Made by a program: the position numbers and the translations under genes. The notes beneath the pieces are model-generated. The model saw nothing but the letters and a program-made list of their open reading frames with translations, had not been told where the DNA came from and did no database searches. A stretch of DNA of 64,000 nt from an uncultured Candidatus Rokubacteria bacterium (GTDB lineage Bacteria; Methylomirabilota; Methylomirabilia; Rokubacteriales; DASRDR01), in contig CAWDVE010000017.1 of assembly GCA_963805625.1 (NCBI GenBank), positions 832,001 through 896,000 on the forward strand, read 5' to 3'. Shown in pieces: positions 29,806 through 37,560 of the stretch. How positions within the stretch are numbered: the stretch's first letter is position 1; each line of letters opens with the position of its first letter.

Positions 29806-30651
29806 ATGACGCCAATCCTCAGCGTCGAGGACCTTCGGGTCCGCTTCCCGGGGCGGGTCGCCGCGGTCGAGGCCGTCCGGGGGGTGAGCTTCGAGGTCGG
29901 GCGCGAGAAGCTCGGGATCGTGGGGGAGTCGGGCTCCGGGAAATCGATGACCGGCCGTGCCATTCTCCGCCTGGTGCCGCATCCGGGGCGCGTGACGGCG
30001 CGGCGGCTCGTGTTCGAGGGGATCGACCTCCTGGCCGCCAGCGAGCCCGCGATGCGGCGAATCCGCGGCGAACGGATCGCGATGGTCCTGCAGGACCCGA
30101 AGTTCTCGCTGAACCCGGTGATGCCGGTCGGCACCCAGGTGGCCGAGGCGTGGCGCGTGCACTCGGGCGCGTCCTGGCGGGAGTCGCGCCGGCGGGCGCT
30201 CGAGATGCTGGAGGCCGTCCGGATCCGAAATCCGGAGCGCGTCTACCGCGCCTACCCCCACGAGGTCTCGGGGGGCATGGGGCAGCGGGTCATGATCGCG
30301 ATGATGCTCGCGGCGGGCCCCGACCTTCTCATCGCCGACGAGCCCACCTCGGCCCTCGACGTCACCGTGCAGATGCAGGTCCTGGCGATCCTGGACGACC
30401 TGGTGACCGAGCGCGGCATGGGGCTCATCTTCATCAGCCACGACCTCAACCTGGTCGCCTCGTTCTGCGACCGGGTGCTCATCATGTACGCCGGGCGCAT
30501 CGTCGAGACCTGCCGTGCCCAGGACCTCGGGGCCGCGCGCCACCCCTACACCCAGGGGCTGCTCCGCTCGCTGCCGCGGATCGACCGCCCGGTCTCGGAG
30601 CTGGCGGTCCTCGAGCGGGATCCGGCGTGGCAGGACGAGAGCCCCGCGTGA
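29806..30651 (+). CDS. Dipeptide ABC transporter ATP-binding protein (DppD-like)
   Basis: GESGSGKS, YPHEVSGGMGQR, IADEPTSALD, ISHDL, HPYT. Confidence 0.93.
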   Translation: MTPILSVEDLRVRFPGRVAAVEAVRGVSFEVGREKLGIVGESGSGKSMTGRAILRLVPHPGRVTARRLVFEGIDLLAASEPAMRRIRGERIAMVLQDPKFSLNPVMPVGTQVAEAWRVHSGASWRESRRRALEMLEAVRIRNPERVYRAYPHEVSGGMGQRVMIAMMLAAGPDLLIADEPTSALDVTVQMQVLAILDDLVTERGMGLIFISHDLNLVASFCDRVLIMYAGRIVETCRAQDLGAARHPYTQGLLRSLPRIDRPVSELAVLERDPAWQDESPA

Positions 30652-30658
30652 GCCTGTC

Positions 30659-31477
30659 GTGAGCCCGTTGGCGGCTCCCGCGATCCTCGAGGTCGAGGGG
30701 CTTCACGTGGTCTTCGGCCGCGGCGGGCCCGAGGCGGGCGCCGTCCACGCCGTTCGTGACGTCTCCTTCCGCGTCGCCGAGGGCGCGGCGTTCGGCCTGG
30801 TGGGCGAGTCGGGCTCGGGGAAGACCACGGTGCTGCGGACGATCGCGGGCCTGCTCACGCCGGCGGGCGGGCGGATCGCCGTCGGCGGTCGGACCCAGGG
30901 GCCGCATCGCGAGCGGGCGTTCGCGCGGCTCTGCCAGATGGTCTTCCAGGATCCGTACGGCTCGCTCCACCCGCGCCACACGGTGAATCGGGTGCTGATC
31001 GAGCCGCTCGCGATCCACGGGCTGGCCCGCCGCGGGGAGGCCGACCGACGGGTCGAGCGGGCGCTCGTCGAGGTCGGGCTCGGCCCGAGCTTCCGGTTCC
31101 GCTACCCGCACCAGCTTTCTGGAGGCCAGCGCCAGCGGGTGTCCATCGCGCGTGCGCTCATTCTGGAGCCCCGCATCCTACTCCTCGACGAGCCCACCTC
31201 GGCGCTCGACGTCTCGGTGCAGGCCGAGATCCTGAACCTTCTCGCGCGGCTCCGCCGGGAGCGCGGGCTCACGTACGTGCTCGTGAGCCACAACCTCGCG
31301 ATCGTGGCGCACCTCTGCGAGCGGCTCCTGGTGATGAACGCCGGGAGGGCGGTGGAGGAGCTGACGGCGGACCAGCTGCGCGCCGCGGCGCCGGCCGAGC
31401 CGTACACCCAGCAGCTCCTCCAGGCGAGCCTCGGCTACGATCGCCAGGCGGCCTCCCAGCTCACGACGTTCGACTAG
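30659..31477 (+). CDS. Dipeptide ABC transporter ATP-binding protein (DppF-like)
   Basis: GESGSGKTT, FQDPYGSL, YPHQLSGGQRQR, LLDEPTSALDVSVQ. Confidence 0.93.
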   Translation: MSPLAAPAILEVEGLHVVFGRGGPEAGAVHAVRDVSFRVAEGAAFGLVGESGSGKTTVLRTIAGLLTPAGGRIAVGGRTQGPHRERAFARLCQMVFQDPYGSLHPRHTVNRVLIEPLAIHGLARRGEADRRVERALVEVGLGPSFRFRYPHQLSGGQRQRVSIARALILEPRILLLDEPTSALDVSVQAEILNLLARLRRERGLTYVLVSHNLAIVAHLCERLLVMNAGRAVEELTADQLRAAAPAEPYTQQLLQASLGYDRQAASQLTTFD

Positions 31478-31525
31478 CGCCGCCGACATCGCCCCGGGTC
31501 AGGTGGCGATCACGAGGAGTCGTCC

Positions 31526-32551
31526 ATGAGCGCAATTGGATCCGACGACGCGGCCGCTCTCCGGGGGATGATCGCCGGCTACGAGGCAGCTCAGGCGATC
31601 TACGTTGCCGCAAAGCTCGACCTCGCCGATCTCGTCGCTCAGGGGACGACGTCCAGCCGCGAGCTGGCGGAGGCCACCGGCAGTGACGAGACCGCTCTGC
31701 ATCGCATCCTGCGGGCACTGGCGAGCCTCGGTGTGCTCGCGGACGTGGGCAACCGTCGCTTCGAGTTGACCGAGCGAGGACGCTACCTCCGGGCGGCCAC
31801 TCCCGGGTCGGTGCGGGCCGCGGCACTGCTCGCCGGCGAGCGATCCTATCGCGCCTGGGGTGGACTGCTCCACAGCGTGCAAAGCGGCCAGACGGCCTTT
31901 GAGCACGTGTTCGGCATGGGCACCTTCGAGTACATGGCGCACAACCCGGCGGTCGCCGCAATCTACAACGACGCAATGTCCGCCTCGTCGGCGGCGCGGG
32001 CCGCGGGCGTTGTCAGGGCATACGACTTCTCGTCCTCCCGAGTGGTTGCGGACGTCGGCGGCGGTCACGGAACACTGCTGGCGGCGATCCTCCGGGGAAA
32101 CCCGGGGGTGAAGGGTATCCTGTTCGAGCGGCCCACGCTCGCGCCCGGGATCGAGCGACTCCTCGGAGATGCCGGCGTCGCTGCCCGGTGCGAGATCGTG
32201 ACGGGGGACTTCTTCCAGTCGGTGCCGGCGGGCGCGGATGTGTACGTCCTGTCGCACATCATCCACAACTGGGATGACGCGCGGAGCGAGGTCATCTTGC
32301 GAAACTGTCGGGCCGCCACGGCCCCGGCCGGCGGGCTCCTGCTGCTCGAACAGGTCATGCCGGAGCGCGTTGAAGCATCCGAGGCCGCGCAGCGTGGAGT
32401 GATGGCGGATCTCCACATGATGGTCATCACCGGTGGGCGGGAGCGGACCGAGCTGGAATACTCGGCGCTCCTGTCGTCGGCTGGCTTCCGGCTGCGCCGT
32501 GTCATCGGCACCTCGGTCGCTGAGAGCATCATCGAGGCGGTGCCCGGGTGA
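31526..32551 (+). CDS. SAM-dependent O-methyltransferase (Methyltransf_2 with dimerisation domain)
   Basis: AAKLDLAD N-terminal wHTH, VADVGGGHG, GDFF..VP..D.Y.L..IIHNWDD, GRERT..EY..LL..AGF. Confidence 0.92.
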   Translation: MSAIGSDDAAALRGMIAGYEAAQAIYVAAKLDLADLVAQGTTSSRELAEATGSDETALHRILRALASLGVLADVGNRRFELTERGRYLRAATPGSVRAAALLAGERSYRAWGGLLHSVQSGQTAFEHVFGMGTFEYMAHNPAVAAIYNDAMSASSAARAAGVVRAYDFSSSRVVADVGGGHGTLLAAILRGNPGVKGILFERPTLAPGIERLLGDAGVAARCEIVTGDFFQSVPAGADVYVLSHIIHNWDDARSEVILRNCRAATAPAGGLLLLEQVMPERVEASEAAQRGVMADLHMMVITGGRERTELEYSALLSSAGFRLRRVIGTSVAESIIEAVPG

Positions 32552-32667
32552 GCGGCCGCGCGGAGGTGGTGGCGCCGAATCGGACCAGGGCGCTCCAACG
32601 GCGTCGCGAAGCGCGCGCCGCGGGCAGCCCGGCGGAGAATCCGCTGCGACAAACCGGGCTCGTCGTG

Positions 32668-32990
32668 CTACGGGTGGTGCGCGAATGGGAACTCGCTCTC
32701 GACGACGCGGCCGTCCACCGAGAGGACGTGGAAGCGGACGCGGTAGACGCCCCGGCGGAGTGGCTTGAGTCCGATGGCCAGGCGCTTCGGCCTCTCGGGC
32801 TCGCCCCGGGCATCCTCGAGGTCCACCCGCTGACCGGCCGCGTCCCACACCGAGACACTCGAGAACTTCGGCTCGATGGCCTCGTTGAACCAGAGCCGGA
32901 CGCGGTCCGGGGCGGTCATGAGCGTGGCGCGGCGGACGGGGCTCGACCCTACCAGCGACGCGTAGGGCCAGGCGGGCGTCCGCCTCCACC
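32668..32990 (-). pseudogene. copC: Degraded duplicate of the CopC domain
   Basis: Close nucleotide and protein copy of 34204-34516 (LWFNEAIEPKFSSVSVWDAAGQRVDLEDAR identical). It lacks a start and signal peptide, and His1 is changed to Tyr and DGH to DGR. Confidence 0.8.
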
Positions 32991-33151
32991 GGAGCTGGCG
33001 TGACCCCGATGCCCTGAACGCCACGCACGCTGCGCGATAGCCCGGGCTCGGGATAGACTCGGTGCCGGGGCTTAGCCGCCGTGTAGCACGAGAGCCCATC
33101 GGGACTGCGGCCAATCTGGAAGGTGTCCGCGGTCCCCCCAGGGGAGGGCGC

Positions 33152-34096
33152 ATGATCGGGGCTGTCAAGATCATCAGCGGAACCGCCCATCCGGAACTGG
33201 CGCAGGACATCTGCAAGCACCTTGGCACCGCTCCGTGTCGTACGACGGTCCTGCGCTTCTCGAACGAGAACATGCTCGTCCAGATCGACGAGAACGTTCG
33301 CGAGGCAGACGTGTTCGTGATACAGCCCTCGTGCCCACCTGTCTCGGACGGGATCATCGAGCTGCTGATGACGATCGACGCCCTCAAGCACGCGTCGGCA
33401 GGCCGCATCACCGCCGTGCTGCCGTACTTCCCCTATGTACGCTCCGACAAGAAGGACCGGCCCCGCGTCTCGATCACGGCGCGCCTAATGGCGGACTTGC
33501 TGCAAACGGCCGGCGCCGACCGCATTCTCACCATGAACCTGCACTCGTCGCAGATTCAGGGCTTCTTCCGCATCCCGGCGGACCAGCTCCAGGCCGCCCC
33601 AATCCTATGCGACTATCTCAGCCAGAGCCGCGACCTCGTGAACTACGTGCTCGTCGCCGGCGATGTGGGCGAATCGAAGGAGGTCGGCCACTACGCGAAC
33701 CGTCTGAACCTCCCGATCGCGATCGTGGACAAGCGGCGCTACGGAGACGATGAGAATCCGCGGGCCACGAATCTGATCGGCGACGTCCAGGGGAAGGTTG
33801 CCCTCATTATCGACGACGAGGTGGCGAGCGGCGGGACCCTCATGGAGGCGGCGCGCTTCGTGCTGGAGCAGGGCGCGGTCGCGGTGGAAGCCTGCGCCGT
33901 CCACGCCGTGCTGTCAGGAAAGGCCATCGAGCGCATCGAGGCCTCTCCACTTCGCCAGCTCCTGGTCACGGACACGATCCCGCTCCCACCGCGCAAGCGC
34001 ATTGACAAGATCCACGTCCAGTCCGTGGCGCGCCTGTTCGCAGAGGCCATCCAGGCCATCCACGACGGCTCGAGCGTCTCGCGGCTGTTTCGCTAG
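33152..34096 (+). CDS. prs: Ribose-phosphate pyrophosphokinase
   Basis: FSNEN..VQI.ENVR..DVFVIQ, ELL..IDALK.ASA.RITAVLPYFPY.RSDKK, LH..QIQGFF, DKRR, IIDD...SGGTL, VTDTIP. Confidence 0.93.
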   Translation: MIGAVKIISGTAHPELAQDICKHLGTAPCRTTVLRFSNENMLVQIDENVREADVFVIQPSCPPVSDGIIELLMTIDALKHASAGRITAVLPYFPYVRSDKKDRPRVSITARLMADLLQTAGADRILTMNLHSSQIQGFFRIPADQLQAAPILCDYLSQSRDLVNYVLVAGDVGESKEVGHYANRLNLPIAIVDKRRYGDDENPRATNLIGDVQGKVALIIDDEVASGGTLMEAARFVLEQGAVAVEACAVHAVLSGKAIERIEASPLRQLLVTDTIPLPPRKRIDKIHVQSVARLFAEAIQAIHDGSSVSRLFR

Positions 34097-34203
34097 CACG
34101 TCCCGGAGCCGAAGGCTCGAGCGGAATGGACTACCGTCGTGTCTTCTGGTACCGAAGATCGAAGCGATCGGCGAGCGCAAGCTGTTCGACTGGCCTGGCC
34201 GTG

Positions 34204-35109
34204 CTACGGGCGGAGCGTGAACGGGAACTCGCTCTCGACGACGTGGCCGTCGACCGAAAGGACGCGAAAACGGACGCGGTAGGCGCCCCGGCCGAGCGGC
34301 TTGAGACCGACGGTCAGGCGCTTCGGGTCCTCGGGCTCGACCCGGGCGTCCTCGAGGTCCACCCGCTGGCCGGCGGCGTCCCACACCGAGACGCTCGAGA
34401 ACTTCGGCTCGATGGCCTCGTTGAACCAGAGCTGGACGCGGTCCGGGGCGGTCGTGAGCATGGCGCGGCGGGCGGGGCTCGACCGTACCAGGGAGGCGTG
34501 AGGCCAGGCGGGCGTCGCCAGGAGGACGAGCCCGAGCGCGGCGATCGCGAGCCGGCGGCGTCGGGCGAGGGCGACCGCGCCTAGGACGGCGAGGCCCGCG
34601 GCGCCGAGGGCGGCGCCGAGCCACCATCCGCGGCTCGCGGGCTCGACGTCGACCGGGAAGCTGAGGGCGCCGGAACCCGCAGGCCCGGCGACGGATACCG
34701 ACACGCGCCAGGGGCCCGCTGCGCCGAGCGTGAGGCTCGCGCGGTAGCGCACCCCGAGCGGGTCGGCGTCGCGTCGGGCGTCCGTCTCCACCGGCAGGCC
34801 GGCACCGGCGAGGGGTTCGGCGCGGACACGAACCACGGCGTCCGTGACGGGCATGCCCGTCTCGCGCATTACGGCGACATCGACGCGCCAGAGTCCCGCC
34901 GTGGGCGGCGCGGGCTGGGTCCAGACGGACAGGGCGTAGGGACCCGCAGGGGCGCGGTTCAGCTGCACCACCCCGCCGTGCCCGGCCGACGCCCACCGCG
35001 GACTGGCGGCGCCGGCCAGCCATGCGAGAGCGACCAGCGACCAGACCATGGCCTGCCGCCGACTGGCCTGCCTGCGGTGTGCCTCCGAGCGCCACGGCTT
35101 TGCGGCCAT
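34204..35109 (-). CDS. copC: CopC copper-binding domain fused C-terminally to a secreted YtkA/FixH-like domain and TM helix (start 35109 or 35049)
   Basis: C-terminal HASLVRSSP...LWFNE.IEP.FS...YRV..RVLSVDGH is the CopC signature. The N-terminal part has a signal, AGPY.LSVW..P.P..G and G.WRV.V.V.GP.G.G, then two hydrophobic segments. Confidence 0.8.
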   Translation of the reverse strand: MAAKPWRSEAHRRQASRRQAMVWSLVALAWLAGAASPRWASAGHGGVVQLNRAPAGPYALSVWTQPAPPTAGLWRVDVAVMRETGMPVTDAVVRVRAEPLAGAGLPVETDARRDADPLGVRYRASLTLGAAGPWRVSVSVAGPAGSGALSFPVDVEPASRGWWLGAALGAAGLAVLGAVALARRRRLAIAALGLVLLATPAWPHASLVRSSPARRAMLTTAPDRVQLWFNEAIEPKFSSVSVWDAAGQRVDLEDARVEPEDPKRLTVGLKPLGRGAYRVRFRVLSVDGHVVESEFPFTLRP

Positions 35110-35269
35110 GGGACTCAGGGTACTCCAGACTCGCCCCGGTCGCCGGGGGCATTCCTGCACGTTGCGTGACTTATTTATCATATATTACAATAGCGTACGA
35201 GGCATTGCCATCGGCGATAGAGGCAAGCGGTACACGGGATACTTCTCAGGCCCAAAGTCGTGTTTTCCC

Positions 35270-35297
35270 TTGACCGACTGGCCGGCTAGTGTATACT
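35270..35297 (+). promoter_or_regulatory. Putative sigma-70 promoter of the cold-shock gene
   Basis: TTGACC (35270-35275), 16-nt spacer, TATACT (35292-35297), about 145 nt upstream of the ATG. Confidence 0.55.
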
Positions 35298-35341
35298 CCC
35301 GCCAGCTTCGTGGTTCAGTGGTCAGGCAGTCGAGTGAAGGC

Positions 35342-35382
35342 AACGCCGCGTGAACCCGGGTTCACGCGGCGTTTTCCTTTGT
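35342..35382 (+). promoter_or_regulatory. Perfect 32-bp palindrome followed by a T-rich tract in the csp leader (attenuator/terminator-like)
   Basis: AACGCCGCGTGAACCCGGGTTCACGCGGCGTT (35342-35373) followed by TTCCTTTGT. Confidence 0.55.
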
Positions 35383-35443
35383 CCCCCGATGTGGGGGAAG
35401 CACCGCCGCATCGGCGGGAACCAAGCAAGGAGGAGTACCGAGC

Positions 35444-35644
35444 ATGGCGCAGGGACTAGTGAAGTGGTTCAACGACGCGAAGGGCTATGGGTTCATCACC
35501 CAGGAGGACGGGCAAGACGTGTTCGTCCACTACTCGGCCATCCAGGCAAGCGGCTTCCGTAGCCTGGCCGAGGGTGACCGCGTCGAGTTCGAGGTCACCC
35601 GGGGTCCGAAAGGTCTCCAGGCCTCGAACGTCAAGAAGGTCTGA
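35444..35644 (+). CDS. cspA: Cold-shock protein
   Basis: [15 protein letters not shown] (RNP1), DVFVHYSAI (RNP2), 66 aa, AGGAGGAG RBS. Confidence 0.97.
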   Translation: MAQGLVKWFNDAKGYGFITQEDGQDVFVHYSAIQASGFRSLAEGDRVEFEVTRGPKGLQASNVKKV

Positions 35645-35662
35645 GCAAGGCTTCTTGAGTGG

Positions 35663-35708
35663 TCCGGCCCGGTTCCCCATCCGGGGGGCCGGGCCGGATT
35701 GCGTTTGT
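35663..35708 (+). terminator. GC-rich hairpin, probable intrinsic terminator between convergent csp and cupin genes
   Basis: TCCGGCCCGG(TT)CCCC-ATCC-GGGG(GG)CCGGGCCGGA followed by TTGCGTTTGT. Confidence 0.6.
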
Positions 35709-35749
35709 CCTGCCCGCCGAGCTCGCGGGAGCCACGGGCGCCTTCCCTG

Positions 35750-36112
35750 CTAGTACTCGATCCCGTCGACGAAGTACGTACCCACGTTCACGGCCGGATA
35801 GGCGATGCACAGGAGCGCCGGCGTCGTCCCAACGTTCCGCAGGGAATGGATCGTGTTGGCGGGGGCGAGGAACGTGGCCGGCGCGTCGACCTCGGCGACC
35901 TCGGTCCCGATCAGGACGCGGAGGCGCCCCTCCAGAAGGGTCATCGACTCCTCGACCCGGTGGGTGTGAGGCCGGCTCTGCCGACCCGGGTCGATCGTGA
36001 CCATTCCCTGCGTGATCGCGCCCGATCCCAGGTTCTGGTCCATGGAGATGATGCGGAACAGGCCGGGGGCGGGCGCCACGCGCTCGAGGTCCCCGTGGCG
36101 ATGCAGGATCAT
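35750..36112 (-). CDS. Cupin domain protein
   Basis: PHTH.VEE...LLEG and P.NTIHSLRN cupin metal motifs. Confidence 0.88.
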   Translation of the reverse strand: MILHRHGDLERVAPAPGLFRIISMDQNLGSGAITQGMVTIDPGRQSRPHTHRVEESMTLLEGRLRVLIGTEVAEVDAPATFLAPANTIHSLRNVGTTPALLCIAYPAVNVGTYFVDGIEY

Positions 36113-36123
36113 CGGAAGTCTCC

Positions 36124-37464
36124 TCAGGGACGGTTGGCGGTGACGCGATCGGTGCGGCGCGCCGGTGTCCCGAGCGTGGCGAACACCCGGTCCACGATGG
36201 CAAGCGTTTCCTCGACCTCGGCCGCCGTGTGGACGGCGGAGACGTAGAACCGGCCGTCGGGGAGGACGTGGAGCCCCTCCTCCAGGGCCCCGCGGAGGAA
36301 TCGGTCCAGGAGCTCGGCATCATCGTCGAGCGTGTCGCGGTAGTCTCGGAGCTCGGTCCGCCCGGTGAAATGGACCGTGAACGCCGCGCCGAACCCGGTG
36401 ACGAGGATCGAAAGGCCGTGCCGGTGGCCGAGCGCGCGGATCCCCTCCATCAGCGTCTGGCCCGCCCGGTTGGCCTGGACCAGGGCCGCACCGCCGTCGC
36501 GGGCGAGCTCCTCCAGCGTCGCGTCGGCGATCCCGAGCGACAGCGGGTTGCCGTTGAAGGTGCCGCCGAAGGCGACGCCGGCTCCGTGAAGCTGCTCCAT
36601 GATCTCCCGGCGCCCGGCCACGACCGACAGCGGTGCGCCGCCCGCCACCGCCTTGCCGAACGTGGAGAGATCGGGCGTGACGCCGAAATGGGCCTGCGCG
36701 CCACCGAGCGCGATCCGGAAGCCCGTGATCACCTCGTCCATGATGAAGAGCGTTCCGTGCCGGCGGCAGAGGTCGCGAACGCCTTCGAGATAGCCCGGCG
36801 CCGGCATTAGACAGCCGCTGTTGCAGAGGACGGGCTCCATCATCACCGCCGCGATCTGGTCCGGATGCGTCCGGAACAGGCCTTCCAGGATGGCGAGGTC
36901 GTTCCACGGCGCGACGAGCACGTTCTCGACGACGTTCGGGACCTGACCGAAGGAGCCCGGGATGATGTTCGGTGTCTCGCGGGGGCCGAGCCCCTCGCGC
37001 GGGTGGTAGCTCACCAGCGCCCCATCGATCCAGCCATGGTAGTGGCCTTCAAACTTCAGGATGAGGGTCCGTCGCGTGAAGGCGCGGGACAGGCGGTGCA
37101 CGAGCTGGACGACCTCGCTGCCGCTCGAGCTGAACGCGACCCGCTCCGCGGAGGGGACGGCGGCCTGGATCCGCTCGGCCACGGAGATCTCCAGCTCGTG
37201 CTGGGCGCCGTAGGTGAACGGGCGCTCCGCAGCGCGGTGTGCGGCGGCGACGAGCGCGGGGTGGGAATAGCCCAAAATCACGGGCCCCCAGGCCGCCGCG
37301 TAGTCGATGTACCAGTTGCCGTCGGCGTCCTGGAGGCGAGGGCCCACCCCGCGCGTGAAGTACAGGGGAACGGGGGCGGTCCCGCGAACGGGGCTCGAGA
37401 CACCCCCGGCCAGGGATCGGCGGGCGCGCTCGAGGAGGGCTCGGGAGCGGTCGAACGTGCGCAT
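36124..37464 (-). CDS. Class III PLP aminotransferase, glutamate-1-semialdehyde aminomutase-like
   Basis: GGVSSPVR, D.DGNWYIDY...WGP.ILG, SGSE, KFEGHYHG, DEVITGFR, TFGKAVAGG, GTFNGNP. Confidence 0.88.
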   Translation of the reverse strand: MRTFDRSRALLERARRSLAGGVSSPVRGTAPVPLYFTRGVGPRLQDADGNWYIDYAAAWGPVILGYSHPALVAAAHRAAERPFTYGAQHELEISVAERIQAAVPSAERVAFSSSGSEVVQLVHRLSRAFTRRTLILKFEGHYHGWIDGALVSYHPREGLGPRETPNIIPGSFGQVPNVVENVLVAPWNDLAILEGLFRTHPDQIAAVMMEPVLCNSGCLMPAPGYLEGVRDLCRRHGTLFIMDEVITGFRIALGGAQAHFGVTPDLSTFGKAVAGGAPLSVVAGRREIMEQLHGAGVAFGGTFNGNPLSLGIADATLEELARDGGAALVQANRAGQTLMEGIRALGHRHGLSILVTGFGAAFTVHFTGRTELRDYRDTLDDDAELLDRFLRGALEEGLHVLPDGRFYVSAVHTAAEVEETLAIVDRVFATLGTPARRTDRVTANRP

Positions 37465-37480
37465 GATGGCTCCTATGCTT

Positions 37481-37558
37481 GGGGTCAGACTTTGACTTCC
37501 CGACATTTTAGACCGTTCCCGCGAGCCGGGAAATGTAGCGAAGTCAAAGTCTGACCCC
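37481..37558. repeat. 78-bp element with 28-bp terminal inverted repeats (REP/MITE-like)
   Basis: GGGGTCAGACTTTGACTTCCCGACATTT ... AAATGTAGCGAAGTCAAAGTCTGACCCC; 26/28 complementary and the outer 19 bp perfect. Confidence 0.75.
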
Positions 37559-37560
37559 GC

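Noticed and set aside
35160-35195. Strongly AT-rich patch TTATTTATCATATATTACAATA
   Set aside because: It is best explained as promoter DNA in the divergent copC/csp gap. No specific operator could be supported.
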